From a bacterium (lineage in GTDB: Bacteria > Joyebacterota > Joyebacteria > Joyebacterales > Joyebacteraceae): a stretch of 64,000 nucleotides of DNA. Made by a program: the position numbers and the translations under genes. Location: NCBI GenBank assembly GCA_025774935.1, contig JALGZK010000001.1, positions 66,331 to 130,330 on the forward strand. Reading direction: 5' to 3'. The notes below the pieces were generated by a model. That model made no database searches. It saw nothing but the letters and a program-made list of their open reading frames with translations, and was not told the origin of the DNA. This document shows positions 9,265 through 17,935 of the stretch, piece by piece (position 1 is the stretch's first letter; each line of letters begins with the position of its first letter).

Positions 9265-9779
9265 CAGGCGTGGACGGGCTCGAGATCGCGAGGCTCGCGT
9301 CGGACGACGAGGCGGCCGCGTGCGCGCGTCTCATGTCTGGATCGGAGCCCTGGATCTCGCTCGGGACCTCCTACGAGCAGTCGCTCGAGCGGATCCTGGA
9401 TCCTACCCGCGAGGTCTACGTAGCGCGCGCGGGCGGGGAGCTCGTAGGTTTCGTGGTCCTCGTACCCGGCGCTTCGTTCGTCGGGTACATCCAGTCCGTC
9501 GTGACCGTCCCCGAGTGGAGAGGGAAGGGAATCGGCACGAGCCTCATGACGTACGCGGAGGAGAGGATCTTCCGGGAGAACCCGAACGTGTTCGTCCTGG
9601 TGTCGTCGGCGAACACTCGTGCCCGTGCACTCTACGAGCGCCTGGGGTACACGGCGGTCGGCGAGCTCGAGGACTTCATCGTCGCGGGGGATTCGGAGGT
9701 CCTCATGCGGAAGTCGATCGGGACGCTGTCGGAGTTCAGCGCGGCCGGTGACCCGGACGACGCCGGACACAAGCGATAG
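9261..9779 (+). CDS. GNAT N-acetyltransferase
   Basis: VPEWRGKGIGTSLM; N.RARALYERLGY. Confidence 0.9.
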   Translation: MTGVDGLEIARLASDDEAAACARLMSGSEPWISLGTSYEQSLERILDPTREVYVARAGGELVGFVVLVPGASFVGYIQSVVTVPEWRGKGIGTSLMTYAEERIFRENPNVFVLVSSANTRARALYERLGYTAVGELEDFIVAGDSEVLMRKSIGTLSEFSAAGDPDDAGHKR

Positions 9780-9788
9780 GAGGGCACC

Positions 9789-10061
9789 TTGCTTCCGAAG
9801 GAGCAGGACAGGACGTTCGCGGCGTTCTCTCGAGCGGCCAAGGAGAGTGTCGAGCTCGACCCGAAGACGACGGTCATGCTCCATCTGGCGGCGGCGATGG
9901 CCGTCGGGTGCTACCCCTGAGCGGAGCACTACCTTGGCGGCGCCAGGGACCAGGGCATGACGGACGACGAGATCGGAGCGGTCGAGGCGATCGTGATGTC
10001 GGTGGCGGCGTGCCGTGTTCGGTCGCAGTTCGCGGAGATAGTCGAGCGAGCAGGCGGGTAG
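9789..10061 (+). CDS. AhpD/carboxymuconolactone decarboxylase-like selenoprotein, CxxU motif; TGA 9918-9920 read as Sec
   Basis: AGGAGG RBS, TTG start; ...ELDPKTTVMLHLAAAMAVGCYPUAEHYLGGARDQGMTDDEIGAVEAIVMSVAA...; the CMD fold continues past the TGA; not in the ORF track. Confidence 0.88.
9932..9948 (+). promoter_or_regulatory. Putative SECIS hairpin for the AhpD-like selenoprotein
   Basis: CCTTGG/loop CGGCG/CCAGGG, following an 11-nt spacer after the TGA. Confidence 0.6.
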
Positions 10062-10091
10062 TCGCCGGATCACGGTCACACCCGGGACGCG

Positions 10092-11042
10092 ATGAGGGAG
10101 GCGACGGTGTCGTCGGCGCGAGCGAAGCACTACGAGATCATAGGCGCTCCGTTCGAGCTGGGATCCTGGAAGCCGGGATGCGCCGAGGCGCCCCGCGTCC
10201 TCCGGGAGCGCAGGCTCGAGAAGCGTCTGGCGTTCCTGGGAGAGCGGCTCGGCTTCTCTGTGACGGACGGCGGCGACGTCGAGGCACCTCCCGCGGGTGA
10301 TCCGGACGCGCGGCCGAAGCACATGGCGGAGACCGTCTCCTACTGCGATGCCCTCATGGCGCGGCTCGGCGTGTGCCTCGGCGAGGGACGCGTCCCGATC
10401 GTCGTCGGCGGCGACCACACGGTCTCGATCGCGACCGCCTCCGCCGCGGCGCGCAGCCTTCGCGAGGCGCACGGGGAGGAGGCCCGGCTCGGGCTCCTCT
10501 ACGTCGACGCGCACCCTGACATCGAGACCCCGCAGGTGAACCCGGAGACCGACATGCACGCAACCTCCGTCGCTCACCTCCTGGGTCGCGGACGCGAGGA
10601 GCTCGCGAACCTGGGCGGATTCGCGCCGAAGCTCCGACCCGTCGACGTCGCGTTCATAGGTCTCCGAGACGTGGTGACAGAAGAGCGTGAGGCGATCCGG
10701 GAGCTCGGCATGCTGGCGTTCGCATTCACCGACGTGGAGCGACTCGGCATCGTTGAGGTCTGCAGGCGAGCACTCGAGCGAGTGACCGCGGGGACGTCCG
10801 GATTCGTGCTCTCGTTCGACATCGACGTGATCGACCCGAGCGAGGCTCCTGCCGTGCAGTACCCCGAACCAGGGGGGCTCACCTTCCGCGAGGCGGCCGT
10901 CGTGATGGAGTGCGCGGCGACTTCCTCGGACCTGGTGGCGATCGAGATGGTGGAGGTGAACCCGGGCCTCGAGACCGGGCACCGAACTGCCGACATCGCG
11001 GTGTCGCTGATCTGGAGCGCCGTCGGCGGCACGATGCTCTGA
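10092..11042 (+). CDS. Arginase family (ureohydrolase) protein
   Basis: GGDHT, DAHPD, SFDIDVIDP, PGGLTFRE, EVNP. Confidence 0.9.
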   Translation: MREATVSSARAKHYEIIGAPFELGSWKPGCAEAPRVLRERRLEKRLAFLGERLGFSVTDGGDVEAPPAGDPDARPKHMAETVSYCDALMARLGVCLGEGRVPIVVGGDHTVSIATASAAARSLREAHGEEARLGLLYVDAHPDIETPQVNPETDMHATSVAHLLGRGREELANLGGFAPKLRPVDVAFIGLRDVVTEEREAIRELGMLAFAFTDVERLGIVEVCRRALERVTAGTSGFVLSFDIDVIDPSEAPAVQYPEPGGLTFREAAVVMECAATSSDLVAIEMVEVNPGLETGHRTADIAVSLIWSAVGGTML

Positions 11043-11062
11043 AGGAAGCTCGCAGGAGGAGT

Positions 11063-11428
11063 ATGGGGAATCCGCGCTTCATCAGCGAGGAGATCGAGGT
11101 CACTCTCGGCGAGCAGCCAGCTCTCGAGAAGAAGCCCGTGTGTCCGTCGGAGTTCAAGTGGCGTGGGGAGACATTCAGGATCGTCGGGCTTCTCAAGGAG
11201 TGGCAGGACTACTCGAGGCGCGGGCGGATGGCGCACAACATGAAGGCGGTGCACGCCGAGGCCGCCGAGCGACACGGTTCCTGGGGAGTGGGCAGGCTCT
11301 ACTATCGCGTGAGGACGGAGGGCGGACGCGTCTTCGAGGTCTACTACGACCGCTCGCCGAGAAGCGTCACCGACCGGAAGGGCGCGTGGTATCTCTTCCG
11401 CGAGATCGGAAAAGAGGCCGGTCCGTGA
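11063..11428 (+). CDS. DUF6504-like hypothetical protein
   Basis: AGGAGG RBS; P..F.WRG....I.....W...YYRVRT..G.VFEVYYDR...W.L. Confidence 0.7.
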   Translation: MGNPRFISEEIEVTLGEQPALEKKPVCPSEFKWRGETFRIVGLLKEWQDYSRRGRMAHNMKAVHAEAAERHGSWGVGRLYYRVRTEGGRVFEVYYDRSPRSVTDRKGAWYLFREIGKEAGP

Positions 11429-11880
11429 GGCGGGAAGCGGGCACGTATGCTCTCGTCCTGTCTGTCTCCGTGAATCGCCGGATCCAGGTGGGGCGTCTCG
11501 GAAGGCTCGAGGTGGCTCCGGGATTCTACGTCTACGTCGGGAGCGCGCGAGGCCCCGGGGGAGTGGCGGCGCGGGTCGGCAGGCACGGGAGGCGGCGCAA
11601 GGTCCTCAAGTGGCACGTGGACTTCCTGCGGGAGGTGAGCTCGCTGGAGGATGTGTGGTTCAGCCACTCGCCGGGAGCGACCGAGCACGAATGGGCACGG
11701 GCGGTAGCGGAGATCCCCGGGGCGACGGTGCCGCTTGCGGGATTCGGCTCATCGGACTGCCGATGTCCGACGCATCTCTTCAGATTCGAAGACCGGCCGG
11801 AAGCTGCGGATCTCGCCAGGGCGCTTCCTCGCGGTGACGCCTTCGCGGTCGAGAGCCTGAGGACAGGACACTCTGGGTGA
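11425..11880 (+). CDS. GIY-YIG (Uri/DUF123) nuclease family protein
   Basis: GTYAL...GFYVYVGSA...WHVDFL...GFGSSDCRCPTHL. Confidence 0.85.
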   Translation: MRREAGTYALVLSVSVNRRIQVGRLGRLEVAPGFYVYVGSARGPGGVAARVGRHGRRRKVLKWHVDFLREVSSLEDVWFSHSPGATEHEWARAVAEIPGATVPLAGFGSSDCRCPTHLFRFEDRPEAADLARALPRGDAFAVESLRTGHSG

Positions 11881-11892
11881 GAGGAGAAGCCC

Positions 11893-12114
11893 GTGGCACT
11901 CTTTCGCACACCTCCCTCGCTGGCCGCCCTGCTCGCGATCATCGCCTTCGTGATCGCGGCCGTCTGCTTCGCGGGCATGGTTCTCCGTGACGACGCGGTC
12001 GGCAGGATCATCTACGGTGTCGTCTGGAGCGCTGTGGGGATCCTCTGGGTGTGGCAGTTCGTCACAGCAAGGCGCGAGCGTGCGGCGAAGGCCGAGGAGG
12101 CGGATAGTGAGTAG
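11893..12114 (+). CDS. Small membrane protein
   Basis: GAGGAG RBS; two TM segments. Confidence 0.65.
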   Translation: MALFRTPPSLAALLAIIAFVIAAVCFAGMVLRDDAVGRIIYGVVWSAVGILWVWQFVTARRERAAKAEEADSE

Positions 12115-13090
12115 ACCACCGCCGCGCTTGCTGTGGGGGGCGCTCGTCGCGGTGGTCGCGGTGATCGTCGCGCTCGTGGCGTGGCCGGTCGTGAGCTTCC
12201 TCGCGAGATCGGACCGGGTGGCACCCGAGGAACACGACGGCTTCCGCTGGCCGTACTTCCTCTACGTCTCCCCGAGCGCGGCGGCGGCCGGGGACGACGC
12301 GCGAGTGCCTGTCCTCGTCGTCCCGAACAACACAGGAAGGGTGGACGACGATCCGGGCGTGCACGAGCGCGAAGCCAGGGTCACCGCGTATCACGGGCGG
12401 CTCATCGCCAACGAGCTTGGGGCGGTCCTGCTGGTCCCGGCGTTTCCGAGGCCCGACGCGAACTGGCAGGTGTACACGCACGCGCTCGACAGGGACTGCC
12501 TTCTCGTGTCAGACCCGCGGCTCAGGAGACTCGACCGGCAGCTCGTGGCGATGCTCGACGATGCGTCGGTACGGCTGGGGCAGAAAGGGGTAGCGGCGGA
12601 GCGCTCGGTGTTCATGTTGGGATACTCGGCGGCCGGGATGTTCGTGAACCGCTTCGCGCTTCTGCACCCAAACAGGGTAGCGGCAGCCGCTGTCGGCTCT
12701 CCTGGCGGCTGGCCGATCGTGCCCGTGAGCGAGGCGGAGGGCAGGTCCCTTCGATACCCCATCGGGATCGCGGACGTCGCGGAGCTGATCGGAGAGGAAC
12801 CCGATCTCGACGCCTACCTCGCCATCCCGCACCTCTTCATGCTCGGTTCCGAAGACGAGAACGACTCGGTGCCGTACGACGACGGTTACGAGGACGTCGA
12901 CGAGGAACTGATCATGGGGCTCTTCGGCGGCACGCCAGTCGAGAGGTGGAGTGTCGCGCGAGAGATCTATGCGGAAGCCGGAGCGAACGCGACGTTCGTG
13001 TTGTACCCGGGCGTCGGGCACGACTTCACCGCGGAGATGGAGAGGGACGTCGTCCGCTTCTTCGAACAGGTGCGGGAGGGGGCGCGATGA
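12107..13090 (+). CDS. Membrane-anchored alpha/beta hydrolase
   Basis: GYSAAGMF nucleophile elbow; G.ED.ND; YPGVGH. Confidence 0.75.
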   Translation: MSRPPPRLLWGALVAVVAVIVALVAWPVVSFLARSDRVAPEEHDGFRWPYFLYVSPSAAAAGDDARVPVLVVPNNTGRVDDDPGVHEREARVTAYHGRLIANELGAVLLVPAFPRPDANWQVYTHALDRDCLLVSDPRLRRLDRQLVAMLDDASVRLGQKGVAAERSVFMLGYSAAGMFVNRFALLHPNRVAAAAVGSPGGWPIVPVSEAEGRSLRYPIGIADVAELIGEEPDLDAYLAIPHLFMLGSEDENDSVPYDDGYEDVDEELIMGLFGGTPVERWSVAREIYAEAGANATFVLYPGVGHDFTAEMERDVVRFFEQVREGAR

Positions 13091-13536
13091 CGCGGCGCGA
13101 CCGGGTTCTGGTGCACGCACTTGTTCTTGCCGCATCGAACATCTGCGCCGTCCTGGCGGGCTTCGTCGCCTACGTCTTGTCGGGCCGCGCGGGTCAGCTC
13201 GGGATCCAGATCCCCGTCGCAATCGCGATGACGCTCGTTCTCTTCGCGGTGTGGTCACTCGTCACGCAGCGCGGGGCGTGGACGGGGCTCAGGTTCGAGC
13301 GTTCGGCGGAAGGGCTCTGGGTCTACCTGGCGGCGTTCCCGTGGGCGGCGGTGTTGTTCCTCGCCGTGCACTACGCCACCCAGGGCTACCTGACGTCGTG
13401 GCGGAACGTGGCGATGCTGGCGGGATTCCAGGCGGTTGTGAACGTCGTGGCGGTGCTCGTGGGGCTGGGCATGGCGGGTCAGGCGCCGTACTCACAGGGA
13501 GCGCGCGGGACGCGGGACGACTCGCGCTCGGACTGA
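13087..13536 (+). CDS. Hypothetical four-TM membrane protein
   Basis: ATGA overlap with the upstream gene; four hydrophobic segments. Confidence 0.65.
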   Translation: MTRRDRVLVHALVLAASNICAVLAGFVAYVLSGRAGQLGIQIPVAIAMTLVLFAVWSLVTQRGAWTGLRFERSAEGLWVYLAAFPWAAVLFLAVHYATQGYLTSWRNVAMLAGFQAVVNVVAVLVGLGMAGQAPYSQGARGTRDDSRSD

Positions 13537-13558
13537 CCGGACACGTGGAGGAGGGACC

Positions 13559-14143
13559 TTGTTCAGAGATCTGCGCATCGAGACCGAGCGGCTCGTCCTG
13601 CGGCCTTTCGTACCGGAGGATCTTGACGACCTTCACGCGATGCTCTCGGACCCGAAGGTCGTGGAGCATCTTCCGAACGACGTGATGACGCGCGAGGAGA
13701 CCAGGGATGCGCTCGCTCGGATCGGCGGTTCCTACGAATTCGCGTCCGTGGAGGAGATGAAGCGCTGCTCGCTGGCGGTCGAGGACCTGGAGACCGCGCG
13801 TGTCGTGGGGTGGTGCGGGGTCGGACGTCTGAACATCGATCCAGGCGAGTTCGAGATCTACTACGGTCTATCGAGCGACCACTGGGGGAGAGGCTTAGCG
13901 TCGGAGGCGGCCGCGGCACTCGTCGACCACTCGTTCCACGCCCTCGGTCTCGAGCGGATCGTCGGCATCGTCTACCCGGAGAACGCCGCGTCGCGTCGGG
14001 TCCTCGAGAAGATCGGACTGACCTACCGGTGGCAGATCACCGGTCTCCCGGAGGAGCACGCGGCGTTCGAGGGAGTGCTCTACTTCGACATGACCCGCAC
14101 CGAGCACGAGTCTCGGGACGGGCGGACTCGAGCGGCGACGTAG
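13559..14143 (+). CDS. GNAT N-acetyltransferase (RimJ/RimL-like)
   Basis: IETERLVLRPF; HWGRGLASEA; ENAASRRVLEKIG. Confidence 0.9.
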   Translation: MFRDLRIETERLVLRPFVPEDLDDLHAMLSDPKVVEHLPNDVMTREETRDALARIGGSYEFASVEEMKRCSLAVEDLETARVVGWCGVGRLNIDPGEFEIYYGLSSDHWGRGLASEAAAALVDHSFHALGLERIVGIVYPENAASRRVLEKIGLTYRWQITGLPEEHAAFEGVLYFDMTRTEHESRDGRTRAAT

Positions 14144-14207
14144 TTGGCTCTGCTAACCTGTTGACCTGTTGCGCGTTAGGGCGCCGTCCGTCAGACGAGA
14201 AGCGGGG

Positions 14208-14236
14208 TTGACAAACCCGATGCCATCGATTAAACC
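14208..14236 (+). promoter_or_regulatory. Sigma70-type promoter of the arsR-like gene
   Basis: TTGACA 14208-14213, 17-nt spacer, TAAACC 14231-14236. Confidence 0.65.
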
Positions 14237-14260
14237 TAGACGCATAGAGATGGGTCTATG
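14235..14260. promoter_or_regulatory. Putative ArsR operator, site 1
   Basis: CCTAGAC-N12-GTCTATG overlapping the -10/+1 region. Confidence 0.6.
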
Positions 14261-14287
14261 TAGATGTGAGCACAAGGGGGCGCGAGC

Positions 14288-14620
14288 ATGGACGACAAGT
14301 GCAGCGAGATGTTCCACGCGCTGGCGGACAAGACGAGGCTCAGGATCCTCGAGCTCCTCAAGAAGGAAGAGGAGCTCTGCGTGACGGACATCGCGAAGCA
14401 CTTCGAGATGAAGCAGCCGTCGATCTCGCACCACCTGGACGTGATGAAGAGGGCGGGGCTCGTGACGAGCGACAAGCGGGGACGGGAGGTGTACTACCGG
14501 TTCAACCCTGACGCGATCCTGGACTGCTGCGGGAATCAGCTGAGGGTGCTCGACATCGATATCGTCTCGGTTGGGAAGGACGGGTTCAAGGTGACGAGCA
14601 GGGGCAAGAAGAAGGGGTAG
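14288..14620 (+). CDS. ArsR/SmtB family metalloregulator
   Basis: FHALADKTRLRILELL, ELCVTDI, SISHHL, KRGREVYY; C-terminal DCCG. Confidence 0.92.
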   Translation: MDDKCSEMFHALADKTRLRILELLKKEEELCVTDIAKHFEMKQPSISHHLDVMKRAGLVTSDKRGREVYYRFNPDAILDCCGNQLRVLDIDIVSVGKDGFKVTSRGKKKG

Positions 14621-14640
14621 GCGGGCGAGCCCCCTTTTTT
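14609..14640 (+). terminator. Possible intrinsic terminator after the arsR-like gene
   Basis: AAGAAGGGG...CCCC followed by TTTTTT. Confidence 0.4.
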
Positions 14641-14649
14641 CGATTGGGC

Positions 14650-14675
14650 CATAGACATCGCCCTATACGTCTATG
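14650..14675. promoter_or_regulatory. Putative ArsR operator, site 2
   Basis: Perfect inverted repeat CATAGAC-N12-GTCTATG abutting the RBS of the next gene. Confidence 0.6.
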
Positions 14676-14691
14676 AAAGGAGGTGGAGGAG

Positions 14692-14880
14692 ATGGCGGAG
14701 GAGAAGAAGGGCCAGAGCAGCTGCTGCATCATCGTCTGCTGCGGTTCGGACGAGGACGCCAAGGGCGTGAAGATCGTCTGCTGCGATCCTGACGGCGCGA
14801 AGGAGATGATGAAGAAGTTCGAGAACTGCTGCGCGCCCGCGGATGACTGCTGCGAGCCGAAGGACGACTCGAACGAGTAG
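14692..14880 (+). CDS. Small Cys-rich protein with five CC pairs (metallothionein-like candidate)
   Basis: Strong RBS; MAEEKKGQSSCCIIVCCGSDEDAKGVKIVCCDPDGAKEMMKKFENCCAPADDCCEPKDDSNE. Confidence 0.8.
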   Translation: MAEEKKGQSSCCIIVCCGSDEDAKGVKIVCCDPDGAKEMMKKFENCCAPADDCCEPKDDSNE

Positions 14881-14990
14881 GTCCGGCAGCGGCTGACGCC
14901 GTGTCGCCCGCCGGTACCGAACCGACGGGCGGCGCGGCCCGGGCTCCGACACGAGGCAGACGGGAGCCCGCTGAGGAGAGGGAACGAGCC

Positions 14991-16463
14991 ATGAGACCGC
15001 GCGCTTCAGAACAGGCCGAGCGATACTCGAGGGCCGCGAGCCTTACCGTCCTCGAGATCGACGTGGACTGCGATGTGCTCCTCCCGGCGTATCTCATCGC
15101 GAACATGATGTCACCGGCGCTCTGGGCGTGGAGGGACGAACGTAGAGCGCACGCGCGTGACGGCGCGCCGCTCGGAGTGCGGAGACGTCTCAAGGGGCTC
15201 GAACGGCAGTTCCACCGGTACACGTTCACGAACATACCGGGCGAACCGGGCGGCGATCCTTGGGGGCTTCTGTACTTCCCGGAAGAGGAACGCAGGCTTG
15301 GCGAGGGCTTCGTCCGAGGCGTGCGGGCCGACTACGACGCCGCACTGCGGGCGGTCCTCGCGCAGAGCCCGGACAGCCAGTTCGGGAACATCGTGAATCA
15401 GGACTACTACAGGGCGGGTTACTTCCCGCGGCTGAGGAACGAGCTCATTGAGACGATGGACGCCTACGCGGGGGTCTCGCACGACGGGAAGGCCTCGGGG
15501 AAGTGCGTCGCGCTGGCGCTCCTGTGGGCGGCAGCCCTCATCGTGTGGGGGCGGTTCTCGCCCGGTGACGTGATCCTGATCGGCAACCGTTCCCATCTCT
15601 TCGTGTATCTCGATCAGGAAGAAGGCCACCTCTTCAACAACACGAGGTGGTTCAGCCGCACGCGCATCCACAACTCCTCCGAGGTCTCCGAACTCGTGAG
15701 GATGGTGACCACGGGATCCGAGACGACGTTCCTCTACAACCCGTGGCAGGGGATGTGCCACTGCACCGACGGGAGGTCGACGATTGCGGAGGAGCGGCTC
15801 GACGACCTCTGCGGGAAGGTGCAGGGCTTTCTCGCGAGTCCTCTCAAGCAGCCCGACGCCTCCGAGCTCAGGTTCGCCGGCGAGGAGGAGCCCCTCCTGG
15901 ACCCCAGGTCGTTCGCATGCGCGGACGATTTCCAGTCGGCGGTCTGGATCCTCGCCGACCGTCGCCCGGGATCCGCCTACGACTTCGCGCAGTACGCGTT
16001 CCGCAGGATCGACGTGCCACGACCGGACGCGTACGTCCTGGCGGCGCTGCGCGACTATCACACGAAGAGGGCGGCGGCTTCCGTCGCGACCCTGGAGGAC
16101 GCAGTGTCGATCGTGAAGAGTGTCCGCGGGCGACGGTCGGTCTTCGGGAGCCGAGGGAGGGTAGCTCTTCCTGACGAGACGCTCTACTTCGATACCGGCG
16201 ACGACCGCGATCGCGCGCTCCTTCTTTTCACGCTGCTCGCGCAGTCGAGGCTGGCGGACCCCACTTCTGTCATCGGGTTCTCCGAGCACAACAGCTATGT
16301 CCGCCACGATGGGAGGTGGATCGAGTGCAGAACGCTGTCGCATGCGAGCTCCGCCCCGCGGAGGCTCACGCACCTCTTCAATGGCTCTGGGAGCTCCCGT
16401 CGCCCGTACGTGCGCGTGGCGCCGGAGTCGGCTTCGGGTCTTCCGGCGGCGGCGGCCCCCTGA
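14991..16463 (+). CDS. Hypothetical protein with two transglutaminase-like segments
   Basis: GKCVALALLW...SHLF...LFNN and GDDRDRALLLFTLL. Confidence 0.6.
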   Translation: MRPRASEQAERYSRAASLTVLEIDVDCDVLLPAYLIANMMSPALWAWRDERRAHARDGAPLGVRRRLKGLERQFHRYTFTNIPGEPGGDPWGLLYFPEEERRLGEGFVRGVRADYDAALRAVLAQSPDSQFGNIVNQDYYRAGYFPRLRNELIETMDAYAGVSHDGKASGKCVALALLWAAALIVWGRFSPGDVILIGNRSHLFVYLDQEEGHLFNNTRWFSRTRIHNSSEVSELVRMVTTGSETTFLYNPWQGMCHCTDGRSTIAEERLDDLCGKVQGFLASPLKQPDASELRFAGEEEPLLDPRSFACADDFQSAVWILADRRPGSAYDFAQYAFRRIDVPRPDAYVLAALRDYHTKRAAASVATLEDAVSIVKSVRGRRSVFGSRGRVALPDETLYFDTGDDRDRALLLFTLLAQSRLADPTSVIGFSEHNSYVRHDGRWIECRTLSHASSAPRRLTHLFNGSGSSRRPYVRVAPESASGLPAAAAP

Positions 16464-16740
16464 CGGGACCGTGGAACGTCCTGGGTGGGCAGTCCGCTCG
16501 CGGCGTCTTCCGCCCCTCCGCCTGTGGTTGTGCGAACGGGGCGACCGCCTGTCTCGACTGATCGTCCTGGAGGCCGGACGTTGCCCCTCTCGGGGCATAC
16601 CGCGCCGTCCGGGCCTCCGACTCCTCGGCACCCGAGGTGCCTCTCACCACCGCGCCCCCGGCCGTTCCCGCGATCCTGGCCGGGGGCGCACCTTGCCAGG
16701 ACACCGGAAAGCCCTGGACCCGCCGCGCCGGTCCGCCCTG

Positions 16741-16769
16741 TTGACGATGCCGGCGAGCCGTCATAAGGT
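16741..16769 (+). promoter_or_regulatory. Sigma70-type promoter candidate
   Basis: TTGACG, 17-nt spacer, TAAGGT. Confidence 0.45.
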
Positions 16770-16809
16770 AGGAGAGACACGCAGTGGCCAGGAGCGGAGG
16801 GGCTGAACG

Positions 16810-17094
16810 GTGACCGAGAGAAAGGCCGTCCGACACGGCGAGTGGATCAAGCTGGGAACGGAGACGGCGGTCGACGCCGTCGTCTGCGATGTCTACGAGT
16901 CGACCCGGAGCAACGGGGCGGACGCGGCGGTCGTGTACCGCGATGCCGAAGGCCGCGCCGTCTACGAGGAGGTCAGGTGGGACGGCTCGCGCTGGGACTT
17001 CCTGTACTCGGGCCCCTGTGGGCTTCACGCCAGGTGCGTCTCGTGCGCCGAGAAATACCTCGAAGTGCTGGAGCGGGGACGGACAGACGCGTGA
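16810..17094 (+). CDS. Hypothetical protein
   Basis: GGAGG RBS; GC-ending codons; fills a + strand gap. Confidence 0.6.
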   Translation: MTERKAVRHGEWIKLGTETAVDAVVCDVYESTRSNGADAAVVYRDAEGRAVYEEVRWDGSRWDFLYSGPCGLHARCVSCAEKYLEVLERGRTDA

Positions 17095-17199
17095 GGAACG
17101 CCGGAGTCGTGTGAGCGAAGGGGCCGGTGAGTGCGGGAGTCATCCGAGGGTCGGCGTCGTCCGGGCGCCGGTTTGAGCGAGTGCTCCCGGGGAGGTCGT

Positions 17200-17508
17200 A
17201 TGAAGGTGATCGCGGACTTCAGTGTGGTGCCGATCGGCGTGGGCGTGTCTGTCTCGAAGTACGTCGCGGTCTGCCACCGCATTCTGTCGGAGGCAGGACT
17301 CCCGACCCGGCTCCACGCGTACGGGACGAACGTCGAGGGCGAGTGGGACGCGGTGTTCGGGGCCATCCGGAGGTGCCACGAGGAGATCCACACGATGGGG
17401 GCGCCGCGGATCTCGACCGTCATCAAGGTCGGGACGAGAACGGACCGGGACCAGACGATGCTCGACAAGATCGGGAGCGTCGAGTCGAAGCTGGACGAGG
17501 AGCGTTGA
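17200..17508 (+). CDS. MTH1187 family thiamine-binding protein
   Basis: FSVVPIG...SVSKYVA...HAYGTNVEGEWD...GAPRI...GTRTD. Confidence 0.9.
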   Translation: MKVIADFSVVPIGVGVSVSKYVAVCHRILSEAGLPTRLHAYGTNVEGEWDAVFGAIRRCHEEIHTMGAPRISTVIKVGTRTDRDQTMLDKIGSVESKLDEER

Positions 17509-17933
17509 TGGAGATCCGTCCGTACCGGGAGAACGACGAGGCGGCCATCGCAGGACTCTGGCGAGAGGTCTTCCCGGACGCGCCTCCGTGGAACGTGCCG
17601 GAAGACGACATCAGGAGGAAGCTCGAGGTTCAGCGAGACCTCTTTGTGGTCGCGTGCGAGGGCGGCGAGATCGTCGGGACCGCGATGGGGGGCTACGACG
17701 GGCATCGGGGGTGGGTGCACCTCGTGGCCGTGAGCCCGCGGCACAGGAGGCTCGGGATCGGGGCGGCGCTGATGCGGCGCATCGAGGAGGGTCTGGCGGC
17801 GCTCGGCTGCCCGAAGCTCAACCTGCAGGTGCGCTCAACGAACGGGGACGTCGTCGCGTTCTACGAACGGCTTGGCTACGCCGTCGAGGACCGCGTGAGC
17901 ATGGGCAAGCGACTCGGCACCGACGGGGGGTGA
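17508..17933 (+). CDS. GNAT acetyltransferase (YpeA-like)
   Basis: MGGYDGHRGW...GCPKLNLQVR. Confidence 0.9.
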   Translation: MEIRPYRENDEAAIAGLWREVFPDAPPWNVPEDDIRRKLEVQRDLFVVACEGGEIVGTAMGGYDGHRGWVHLVAVSPRHRRLGIGAALMRRIEEGLAALGCPKLNLQVRSTNGDVVAFYERLGYAVEDRVSMGKRLGTDGG

Positions 17934-17935
17934 CG

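Noticed and set aside
11425-11880. GIY-YIG gene as a homing endonuclease or mobile element
   Set aside because: It has DUF123/Uri-type motifs, is embedded in an operon, and has no intron or flanking repeats.
14235-14675. Inverted sites around arsR as transposon ends or an invertible switch
   Set aside because: No transposase or recombinase nearby; placement at the promoter and RBS fits operators better.
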